Origin: Amphiscolops sp. MND2022
Lineage: Eukaryota
DNA: 64,000 nt
NCBI GenBank assembly: GCA_964187785.1
Contig: OZ076410.1
Location: 11,842,001 to 11,906,000 of the forward strand
Direction of reading: 5' to 3'
In this document: positions 1 through 9,879 of the stretch, in pieces
How the letters are laid out: each line of letters starts with the position of its first letter
Position numbering within the stretch: position 1 is the stretch's first letter
Translations under genes and position numbers: made by a program
The notes under the pieces: generated by a model
Database searches by the model: none
Seen by the model: the letters and a program-made list of their open reading frames with translations, nothing else
Told to the model about the DNA's origin: nothing

Positions 1-420
1 TAATAGCACTCTAATTATTTCTTAAGAAAACTTTTCCGAAGTTTCAGTTTGAACCGCACAACTTCCTCGGGAATTTGAGATCCGTTTCATATTTTCTTCT
101 CAAAGCTCGTTTGGTTATACGAACGGCTACCCTAACCATATCCAATTTCATGAGAACTCTTTTTTGACGTCAATACATCACATGGACTTTTAAATACAAT
201 TATTTAATAGAGTTGAAAATTGATTATTCGCATATCAAATGGTAAAGGAAAAGGGAACTTATTCCTTTCCACACCTTTTTGGCTCCGAAAATGATAGCAG
301 AACGCGTTTATCATTGAAAGTTTTTCAGCCAACACAAAATGAGAACGCTGCTCATTTCAATAAAAGTTGTTCAGGCAAATTAATAATGAATTGCCTTTCC
401 TCTGGTTTTGTTCAACTCAC

Positions 421-435
421 TTCCGGATGGAAAAC
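421..435 (-). CDS. Possible 15-nt microexon of the unidentified left-edge gene
   Basis: aaatcag|GTTTTCCATCCGGAA|gtgagt on the minus strand; phase 1-1, compatible with the 1841-2113 exon. Splice signals only. Confidence 0.25.
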
Positions 436-600
436 CTGATTTGTGAAATGAACATAACTGTACGTTCACGACGTGAATGAAAAAATGAAGCAACAAAGAT
501 CTTTCAGGATCATTCCATTTCATTCAAAGCAAGAAACTGTCCAAACTGATTCTAAAAAGCAAGAAAAGATGGGGAAATCATAGATAAAACAATGATTGAC

Positions 601-1093
601 TAGGGTGGGGCCCGTGCCCGTGGCCCGTATCAATGCCCGTACGCCCGTAAAAAATTTTAGGCCCGTATATTTATAAAACATGCCCGTACATACAATTAAC
701 TTATTGATTTGAGAATTTCATGGTTACGACACACCGGTCCCACGAAAACTAGAAATGTTCATCAAGTTCAAACTCAACAAAATTTCAACGAGCGAAGCGG
801 CGGTTGAGCGTTGTTTTAGTTCCCATAAACTGATACATTCTCCAATGAGAGCCAGTTTATCCGATGAAATTGTTGATAAACTCTTATTCATTCGATATAA
901 TCACATCATTAAATACCCTGGTTTTGTAACTTTTGATAAATCTGAGGATGATGCAGCTTTAAATGAGCTAGAGGAATTTGAAGTATTTTGAATTATGTTT
1001 TTTTCAGAGGTGCCCGTAGGTCATGCCCGTTGCCCGTATGTGAAAGCCCGTTGCCCGTACTTTTGAGCCCGTGCCCGTACGGGCCCCACCCAA
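601..1093 (+). mobile_element. Internally deleted hAT DNA transposon
   Basis: TIRs tagggtggggcccgt / acgggccccacccaa; subterminal gcccgt repeats; both flanks carry (a)tgattgac (imperfect 8-9 bp TSD); residual transposase ORF inside. Confidence 0.8.
755..991 (+). pseudogene. hAT transposase C-terminal dimerisation-domain fragment
   Basis: STSEAAVERCFSSHKLIHSPMRASLSDEIVDKLLFIRYN fits the hAT dimerisation pattern (A.VER.FS...R..L....V..L.FI..N). Confidence 0.75.
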
Positions 1094-1840
1094 GATGATT
1101 GACAGTTACTGGTGTGAATTCAGGTTGAAGTAACAGAACAAAAGAAAAGACTTATTCGAGGAAACTTTGAAAAGTAGTTAAATTTGTTTTCAAAGAAATA
1201 TGGGAAGGAATAAGAGCCGAGTAATTATTGGTATCAAAAATGGTGATGTATTCCTGATAAGCGATTTTTTTATTAATTGCTGATTATAACTCAAGTTAGT
1301 TGAATTGGGCAAAAACTATCAAACAGTACGGATACATTGATACAAAGAAACCAAAAATTATTTGGTTTTTCCTGATTCATTATTATTGTACGTTATCAGA
1401 CAAAAGCGCCCAAATTAAAAGCGCTCAAAACACCCAGTCAAAAGCACCCCAATCATGGACTCTCTTCCGCCACCAACTTTAAGTTCCTCACTCCAATAAA
1501 ATAATTAGCTTTTTATTTAAAACCGTGTATTTACTAATTGCTTCAAGAAATTAATATTTTATTGACAGAAATGCCAAAATTTACAATTTAAGTCGGTTTC
1601 AATTGGAATTTGTTAGGTGTTAAAATGTTAAATATGGCATTACCAGTTAACTATTAATTTGTTTGAAACCTTCAATTAGATTCAATTTGAGGCGATAAAA
1701 TCAGCTCAAAAATTAGCGAAGCGCTTTGTATTGGGGCGCTATTGACTGTGTAAAATGGGCACTTTTGTCTGGGGGGGGGTTTGTCTGTACACGATTGTAA
1801 AAGGGGGTTTTGAGAGTCGGGAAAAGAGGTTGGGAGATAC

Positions 1841-2113
1841 CTTGGAAGAACCTGGTGGTAGTGTAGAGTCTGTTGGGGTCCATTCCGATGGCACAGTTGA
1901 GGAGGTAATGCGCAGAGAGGCCCAGGGGCACGAAGGCGCAAGTGAGGGGCCCGTTCTGGAACTCATCGAAGATGTTCATGTCGCCCTCTTTCTCAGGAGG
2001 GTTGTAGCCCAGAGGCGACAGAAACCCCAGCAGGTTCGGCAAAAATTTCATGACCCTCTCAAAAACGAAACGCACGTAAACAACTGAGCAATAATTGGCT
2101 AGGCTTTCGAAAA
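1841..2113 (-). CDS. Probable internal coding exon of an unidentified gene
   Basis: Acceptor ccgtttccag|, donor CAAG|gtatct, 273 nt, phase 1-1, open frame FESLANYCSVV...YTTTRFFQG, G/C-rich third positions like the ALAD exons. Product not recognised. Confidence 0.5.
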
Positions 2114-2139
2114 CTGGAAACGGTAATTTTTGGTAACTT

Positions 2140-2572
2140 TTCATGAAGTGAAACGCTACTATTATAGTGACTATTTTTTTCATTTTTTTTTCAATCCACA
2201 CGAACTGACCAAAATAGTTCTTAAAAGTTCTACGAAATTTCATGGTGTAAAATTGAAGCATCTGACCCAGGGAACTGAACCAAAAAGGTTGTTCCTTTTT
2301 TCCGCGTAACATACAATTCCAAGCGAGACTAAAGGGTCCCAATTTTCAGTTTTTTTGGCGTTGAGACTTTTTCGGGAATTTTTTTCTTCAAAGAGTCCCC
2401 GCTTCAATTTTTTGATATTTTGCAACAGAATGGTTGTTTAAACTCCGAAAGGGTCCCTCTTTTATTGCGCCAATTCGGTCCAACTTTTGTTTTTTTCGGG
2501 TAATGTAAAAGAGAATACTTGACACTTTGAAGTCCTTTGGATATTTTTGAGCCCTAAATATGGCGCCGACTC
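2140..2572 (+). mobile_element. Helentron/HINE-like non-autonomous repeat (degenerate copy)
   Basis: Shares catgaagtgaaacgc.actattatagtgac and ...tatggcgccgact with copies at ~31.5, 34.3, 54.1, 56.2, 60.4 and 63 kb. Confidence 0.55.
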
Positions 2573-2938
2573 CAAACTGTCATATTTCAAATCATTCAAG
2601 CTTAACTGATTTTTAAAGTCGGACTGCATGTAATGAATTTCAACACAACATTGTCGAAATGAAATATTTCATAGAACTTGACATACATAGGAAAATGCAA
2701 ACTTCAAGGAACGAAAAATGAATTCTACTGTATGATAAGGATAATGACAATTTGAATTGAGGATAACAGTTCAACATTTTTGCAACTATTTGTACAATCT
2801 ATTCTGAATGTTGGATGGATGGTTCACTGGAAACAAATACACGGTTCGAGTCAGCATTGAAATAAGTCCTAAATCCCCAGGGTATTCTCACAGATTAATG
2901 AAGACATGATTGACAAATTCGCTATACACGGTGAAAAC

Positions 2939-3350
2939 GGTGTCAGGACATTTCATCCTATACAATTTCAACCTATGCAAGTTCAACCTATTGCATTTTC
3001 AACCTTCCGCAATTTCGACCGAAACTAATTTTGACTGACAGAACCTATTAAATAACCATTTAAGGAGGTTTTCATTTTCATACATGTCCTAATTCGAATG
3101 TGCTAAATTTTACGCCAGTTTTGGTATGTTTTGGCTTCATGAATAAATATCATTAATTAAGGCTATTTGATTCAATACTAACTATTGTACTGAAATAATA
3201 ACTCAACCAAATTAGGACTAAATAGCCAAAACTAGTTAAGGTCGAAATTGCGGAAGCTTGAAAATGCAATGGTTGAAATTGTAAGCGTTTGAAATGGCAT
3301 TAGTTGAAAATGCATAGGTTCAAATTGCGTATGATGAAATGTCATGAATC
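2939..3350. mobile_element. MITE with long TIRs
   Basis: ggtgtcaggacatttcatcctat...gatgaaatgtcatgaatcc; related copy in the opposite orientation at ~61511-61876. Confidence 0.6.
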
Positions 3351-3684
3351 CGGCTCAGATATGCAATTAAAGCTATCCGAAAAAGAGGAACGCTGAGATA
3401 GATAATCGTTAGATAATCCTCTGCAATAAATTCTGTTCAGTTTACAATGTCATGTAACGGGTAAAATCAAACTCGGGAATGAATTGAAATGCTCTCATAA
3501 AGTATAACAAACCTTCATATCTGTTGAACCGGTTGCTCAAATGAAAACGACCAAAAGAAAAAACGGGGCTCAGAAAAAGATGAGACAAAACTTCCAACAT
3601 TCAGATGAACGTGGTCAAAGAGGGATAAGGTAATTACAGTTGATAGCACCGAGGGATGGGGGGATGTGTCTACATCTGTCTGTG

Positions 3685-3897
3685 TTAGGAGAGATAGTGG
3701 GGGTCTGAGCCGCCGGCGAGGATGTTGTTTGTGAGGAGGAGGTTCTGCAGCTTGCAGAGGAACACGGAGAGCACTCGCACGAACCGGTCCATGTCCTTCA
3801 ACACACACCGCTCCATCGTGCAGTAGTCCAGTGCGTCCGTCGACTGGCACAGGGCATTGATGAAGTCCGATCTGTACGGCAACGATTTGAACGCCAC
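3685..3897 (-). CDS. PLEKHA8: FAPP2-like exon 13 (end of GLTP domain, stop)
   Basis: tttcag|GTG; VAFKSLPYRSDFINAL resembles GLTP AALYAAPYKSDFLKAL; TAG at 3685. Confidence 0.85.
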   Translation of the reverse strand: MAFKSLPYRSDFINALCQSTDALDYCTMERCVLKDMDRFVRVLSVFLCKLQNLLLTNNILAGGSDPHYLS

Positions 3898-4381
3898 CTG
3901 AAAGTGCAAGTGCGTGCGTGCGTACGTGCCCAAGATACATTACACTGGCCTTTGTTATGGATCTTCCCCTATATTAACCCTAATTGACCTGGAGCTTTTT
4001 GCGAATTTTTGAAAAATGGGATCAAAATTTTCAATCAATATCTCCAAGATGATTTTTGCATGCCCAAGATGATTTACACTTCTTTCTTGATTTATATATA
4101 TTAACTCTAGATAGCTAACTCTATATACTAGCCTAACGATACTTTAAAGCAGTCTACTTTTTTTCAATTTCTGATCCGTTTTGCCAGTATCCCATATTGT
4201 CCAGCACAGTTTTTTCCCAAATTTGTTGGTACCGCGTTTGATTTGAACGGCACAAGTATTAACACAGAGGCGAAGCGGTGCTTCGCAACACATGACGAAG
4301 ACAACGATTATTTTAATATGCGTATATATATTATTTTAATCGCATGCGTATATATTCAACAGTTCGAATTCATTCAATAAC

Positions 4382-4453
4382 GTCCTTATGGCACAGTGGT
4401 TAACACTTATGCCGCGCAATCGGGAGGCTGCAGGTTCGAATCTCTCTGGGGTT
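4382..4453 (+). pseudogene. tRNA-derived sequence (pseudo-tRNA or SINE head)
   Basis: A-box-like TGGCACAGTGG and B-box GGTTCGAATC at tRNA spacing, followed by T-runs; acceptor and anticodon stems do not pair well. Confidence 0.5.
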
Positions 4454-4694
4454 TTGGCTTTTCTCTAAAAGGCGCTTATTATGAAGTTGGCTACTGTGGA
4501 AAAAAAACTTTCTTAGCTGGACTGCAATGCACATTGACTTCGTCATGTGCAAAAAGATAAAAACTGAAAAAAATGGTTGAACTTTTGCAAAAAGACCTAG
4601 CGCAACAAAAATGTTGTTACAAACTGAAATTCTAAAAAATAGGGCGCACGGCGACAGGGGCTCACCTAGCCAAAATAAAAGCCTAGTACCAGAC

Positions 4695-7600
4695 TGTAGA
4701 ATTTTGAAAAGTAGCTTTAACAGTCTGTCGAATGCTCCACTACTACTCAATTAAACCGAAGGGTACCTCTATCCACGAGACAAAGATAGGGCTGAGCATT
4801 CACATAAATTTATAACTCTAAAGATAATTTCAGAGGTGGTGGGGTTCTATTGCATCATATAGTGCTGAATTCCGTTTTATTCTGTTGACTTGCAAAGGGG
4901 TTGTCTCGTGTGCTCTCGCTGTTAGAAAACTAATATTTAGAAGAAGACGAATCTTCGCTTTATTAAAACATCAATTAATAATAGAGGGTTAATACTTCAA
5001 TAAGAATGGTAACAACAAAATCCACAGAAATGGTAATATATTTCCAATGGTTTGGGGGTACATATAATTTATTAGATACAAAGCAGGTAACGTATCCCGG
5101 AGGATAAATGAGTATTCCCGAGGGAAGAATTGAAAGGTGATCAAATTGATCGATGAAAGATTATCTCAACCCGCCGTACTTTCTCTAACGTTCTTGAAGT
5201 GAATTCTCTCTATCTCACTGTCCCGGACTGTATCGTTTCTACGGATTAACTTCCGCTAAAGTCTCTCTAAGCTAACCCACAGTTAAAGTACTGCTGAACT
5301 CAAACTTTCTCTAACCCGAATCTCACGGCGTTAGGAAATAAAACAATCTCGACAAAATCTGGCGAAGTCCCACTTCCCAATTCTGCAAAGAACGAAATCT
5401 CTATTTTCTTGGCTTGACAAAGTAATCAACTGCTCTCTAGCTCTGATATCCCTTTGTGGCCCTCAAATATGGCCACTTTTCTTAACTTCAGTTTTCTTCG
5501 GTGTTTTAGTCACTTTCGTGACGAGTGGTCAGTCACGTGACTCCGAGTTACTTCGTTATTGTCAGTTATTTTTCATTTCTACGGGAATTTTCCTAAGTGA
5601 TTTAATCATCATCCTTTTCGGTACAATTTTTACGCTCGGTTAAGTGAGTTTATTGAGAATGCCTAGTTGTTTTCATTCGTAGCCACCTAAGATAAGGGGG
5701 TGTGACGTTCTGAGTCAACTTAGATGTCTTAACATCGGATCATTTATCTTCGGTTTTTACTAACTTATGTTGTCATCAACTCGTGTGAATGACTCCTCCT
5801 ATGACTGGCGGAATGTCCCGCTGTAAATAAATCGATTGGAGTGCTCCCTCAATAATTCCAAGGAACGAAAAAAGCATGTATGCATTTCCTTTAACAATGG
5901 CTAATTCTGAGGTTCATTTTCAACTGTTGAAAAATGGGTATTTCCGTGCCTGGGGGCCAAAACTGTTTATATCTTCTGAAAGGTCTATCCAAGGCCTACA
6001 AATTCGTTACTATTCAACATTCATGTATTTCGACTCCTTCGGGTAGAAAAACGGCATCAAAGTGGGAGTGGTCAAAAACAGTGTCTCCACAAGTCAATTT
6101 TTGGGTACTTTCGGGTCAATTTTCTCATCGAGGCTTCGGGAACCAGCCCGGGGGCCTATATACATCGCTAGTCCATTCAATTGTGAGGATTTGGAGCTAT
6201 TGGGGGGCATTCTATCATTGTTGGTTAAAAAGTTATTTGCATTTTCCCAAAAAGTGTCATTTTGGCTATTTTTGTGTCCTGACCTCCAACTTTGCCCTCG
6301 ATTTTCTCAACTCCTATTAGGTTTTGGCGGATTTCCTTTTAACACAAGGTGGACATAGGTCTTAGGAGTATTGGGTGTAAGTTTGGTCCGGATATCTTCC
6401 AAAACGTGCGGGGGGGGGTTAGCGTTTTCATAATCGTGATTTTTGGGAATTTCCCTATGTCTCCATTTTCTTCGCTGGCGGGGTATTACGGTGAATTCAT
6501 ATTAAGCGTTAATTCTATAGCCATTCCCTCCGCCGACCACCGCCACATCTATGCTGAGCTTGGGGAGCGTTTTCATTGGTTATTCGTTGAGCAATCGCAA
6601 CGCACATGCTGAAAATGCCGTTTTTAGGCCAAAAATCGCTGTTTTTACACCATTTCTGATCGAGATCTCAACACTGGGTAAATATTATCAATTTTCCTTT
6701 TTAGGGTAACTGAAGAACTGTTATACCTTCAATTTAAGACTATCCCGAATAATTTTGGTTCACTAGACGTTTCATAATTAAGTTTTGCAAAAATCCGAAA
6801 AGTCGATTTTTGGTCATTTTCCAAAAGCACTTATTTTCAATGTCATTTTTCACCAACTTGTAATCATCCGATTTTAATGCCCTTCCGGACTTAAGCTCTC
6901 CTTTGGATGTAGTTTTGAATGGTGAAAACCGTTTGTTTCTATCTTTCACCATCTTCGAGAAATCGCGTCGCAAACTTTTAGTTGTATTAATCCCACCGGT
7001 ATAGCGTATAGTGGGTGGCGGCCGTGTAAGGCTGTGTGTATAGTGCCGGCGGCTTTCCAAAATCATTTCTCGCTTTCACTCGCTTGCTGCTAGTTGAACG
7101 CTACTCAATTCACTGCATTTTGACTTGATCTACACTCTTCTATTCATTTTGCATACGTTGTGATTTCACTCGTCTTGTATTAATATCTCCATCCTGTTAA
7201 TATAACTTGTCTTGTTTAATAATAATGACGCGTAAAAGCCGTGATTGTCAGTACAGTTCTGATTTTAATACTCGCAGCGTTGATGCTGTTGAACAAATGG
7301 ATGTCCTTTTCTCTCTTCGTGATTGTCCTGATTTTAATATAATACATTCGGGGTGGCGGCGATTCCCCGTTTTAACACATGTAAATTTCGCTTCAATTTC
7401 CCCTACTGAACCTTGTATCCTTTCCGATGTAAATATTGAGTCTCGTGGCGTACTAAAAGAATTAACCGAGCTTCCTAGTCTTACTTGGCAACATTTTGAA
7501 AATCTCCCCGGTCGTCCTTTAACTGGAATTACGTATGGTCCTGATAACGCCGCTACTCGTCATTTTCCTTCATCAATTCAAGCGGACATGGACTTTAAAG

Positions 7601-8373
7601 ATTGTTTAACTGCTTCGTGCTTTTCAGATCAACAAGTTACTAGTAGCCTAGCTCTTTTAATTCACGGTTCGTGGTTTAGTCCAGCACACGTCGAAGTGGG
7701 TGGCGGCGCTGCGTATTCCTATTTACATACGGGTATTAAACTCTGGTGCGCCGCTACAACAAATACCTCTTCTCGCCTACTTGAGCGTTGTTATAATGAC
7801 GTCGCCAGTTTTATTAATCTAGTTCAACGAGGTCCTCGCTCGCGAGAAGCTACATTTTTCACTTTCCATCTTCAACGTCCCGGCGACTTAATTTACATTC
7901 CTCCTCTGCGCACACACTTAGTACTTACGATGAATAATGTTAAACCGACAGTTCTTTCGGGGTGGGACGCTGTTTATACTCGCGATCATTCTATTATTAA
8001 AAGGACGCTAGACGAATATGTAATTGGAGTTAGGCGAACGACTTGGCGGAATATTTTACGTGAACAAGGGAGGGAAGAATTATCTAGATGGGTGTACTCT
8101 GCCGCTGCTGGCCCTCAAGAAACAAAAGAATATTTACAAAAGCACTGGTCTTATTGGGAACGGAATTGTCCGCAGCTTATATCGACGCTATCATTAGATG
8201 ACGAGTAGATGACGAATACTACGAGCCGCGTCGTCCTTTTAAGCTAAGTTATCTTTCTATTTGTTTACGTAATCGATCACCCTTCAATAAGTATAAAATA
8301 AATATCAATACAACTAAATAATAAAATTGAGTAACTCATGCATTTTAGATACGTTAAAAGTAAAAATCTCACA
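4695..8373 (-). repeat. Element 1 3' LTR (3679 bp)
   Basis: Direct repeat of 18828-22506 at offset 14133; 3 substitutions seen by eye (4901/19034, 6353/20486, 7715/21848). Confidence 0.97.
7225..8208 (+). CDS. JmjC-domain Fe(II)/2-oxoglutarate dioxygenase, KDM2/KDM7-like, encoded antisense inside the 3' LTR (327 aa from ATG)
   Basis: SPAHVEVGGG (HxE), HTGIKLW and QRPGDLIYIPPLRTHLVLT match the JmjC pattern of KDM2/7 (TDFHxDFGG...G.K.F...LFIP..W.HAVLT); AATAAA follows at ~8297. Confidence 0.85.
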   Translation: MTRKSRDCQYSSDFNTRSVDAVEQMDVLFSLRDCPDFNIIHSGWRRFPVLTHVNFASISPTEPCILSDVNIESRGVLKELTELPSLTWQHFENLPGRPLTGITYGPDNAATRHFPSSIQADMDFKDCLTASCFSDQQVTSSLALLIHGSWFSPAHVEVGGGAAYSYLHTGIKLWCAATTNTSSRLLERCYNDVASFINLVQRGPRSREATFFTFHLQRPGDLIYIPPLRTHLVLTMNNVKPTVLSGWDAVYTRDHSIIKRTLDEYVIGVRRTTWRNILREQGREELSRWVYSAAAGPQETKEYLQKHWSYWERNCPQLISTLSLDDE

Positions 8374-8386
8374 TTCCCCCCCACTT
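8374..8386 (-). promoter_or_regulatory. Element 1 polypurine tract
   Basis: Minus-strand aagtgggggggaa directly precedes the 3' LTR. Confidence 0.85.
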
Positions 8387-8616
8387 GGACTGCTACTCTC
8401 CCGAGTAGCTGTAATTTCAATTTTATTTTTGTGCCGAGTAACGAAATAGCTATTTCCTATGTAAAAGAAAGAAGCACGCACAAGTTTTATTAATGTTTAG
8501 TATATTTCCACACGCATTGAATAAATAGGATCCATGTGTAATAATATGATGTACGAAAATTATCAGTACGAAAATCTAACGCAACACACACTCAAAAAAT
8601 GGAGTTAGTATTTAGC

Positions 8617-9420
8617 CTAACTGCTGGTAGGGGGCTGGGTTTTCATGGCTCGCTTCTTTGGGGGCAGGAAGGTAACGTGGGTGGCAGCGGAGCCAGCGTC
8701 ACTGACGTTGCCCGAGTCCGCCTCCTCCATTTGATCGGCGATGACTACCTCCGTCGACGAGCCCGTTGTAGTAGGGGTGGTGGTTGTCCCCGTCGAAGTG
8801 GCGGCAGTTGTTGTAGCCGGGGTTTCCGTCACGAAGGGCAGCATCGCCCTTGAATAAAATCTCATATCCACTCTTGGCCGGGCTGGGGGTTGAGGATACA
8901 CTTGGAACGGCACATCCCAGGGGCTCTCCCCCTGTTGGAGCCACTGCCACATTGTCTCGTGCATGGGGCCCCTCCAGTGGAACCGCGTCGACAATGGGTT
9001 GCCTGCTGCCTGTGGGCCTTGATCTGGCAGCGCAAGGATCCTGGCAAAAGTTGCCATAAAATGCGCCCGCTCCGGACGCTCCAACGCCGCCTGCACAACC
9101 GCTAGCAAGAGGTCTCTCGTCAACTGGCAGTAGAGGCTAAGAGTCAGCCACTGGGGGTACCACAGCGCATCCATGGTGCAAAACTTTTCTACATGAAAGT
9201 AGATTTGGTCTCCGTTCGCCTGTGGTGTTTCGATCTTGTTCAAGCGATAAGTGGCGATTGGGGTTCCAGCTCGAACAATCAATGGCAGCACTCCTGTTTC
9301 GGCGGGTAAATACGCCTGCTGGACTTCTGGCGGCGGTTGGTTGTACATTTGAGAGACCTGCGTCTGGCTGGTGGCAATAGGGCGGTTTGTTCTAAGTGGT
9401 GTTGGGCGAATAGGTTGCAT
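8617..9420 (-). CDS. Element 1 accessory ORF downstream of env (267 aa from first ATG), unknown function
   Basis: Open frame between env and PPT; Thr-rich and acidic tail ending PPKKRAMK (NLS-like). No domain recognised. Confidence 0.7.
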   Translation of the reverse strand: MQPIRPTPLRTNRPIATSQTQVSQMYNQPPPEVQQAYLPAETGVLPLIVRAGTPIATYRLNKIETPQANGDQIYFHVEKFCTMDALWYPQWLTLSLYCQLTRDLLLAVVQAALERPERAHFMATFARILALPDQGPQAAGNPLSTRFHWRGPMHETMWQWLQQGESPWDVPFQVYPQPPARPRVDMRFYSRAMLPFVTETPATTTAATSTGTTTTPTTTGSSTEVVIADQMEEADSGNVSDAGSAATHVTFLPPKKRAMKTQPPTSS

Positions 9421-9879
9421 TATAGTTTTTTTTTCTTTTAGTGTGCAAGTGATGAAACAAGGTTTAATAATATGTATGTTTATGTAATGATTTTTTTTTC
9501 TAAGCTGTAGATTGAGCGTCTGGATACTGCAAAAATTTAGAGCTAAATGGCGAGACGCTATTTCGTTCCTCGGCACTGCAATTTTAATCGGATTAACTCA
9601 TGTGACTCGTTCGTTATTTTATGACTTAATTGTCCGCTCGGACGTTCAAGTGGAGGAGAAAGAAAACAAGTGCTCGCGCGAATGAATAATGTCGGGAGGG
9701 GATACACAAAAGAAATTTTTGCGCTCGCACGAGCGAAAGCATTCAACCAGAAAAGAAAGGAAACAAATATCACGCGAATGCATTAAATATCGTTGCATAT
9801 AAAATGAGGCAAATAAATATGGGGGCGGAGCTTGAGTTAGGAGTTTTATGTTCGGCTTACGATTTCCGTCACAGAGAAC

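Noticed and set aside
4382-4453. Functional tRNA gene
   Set aside because: Acceptor and anticodon stems do not pair; kept only as a tRNA-derived remnant.
5934-7066. Short ORFs inside element 1 LTRs (5934-6320, 6062-6358, 6349-6612, 6740-7066 and copies at +14133)
   Set aside because: No recognisable motifs, overlapping frames and several non-ATG starts; their duplication only reflects LTR identity. 6740-7066 cannot be fully excluded.
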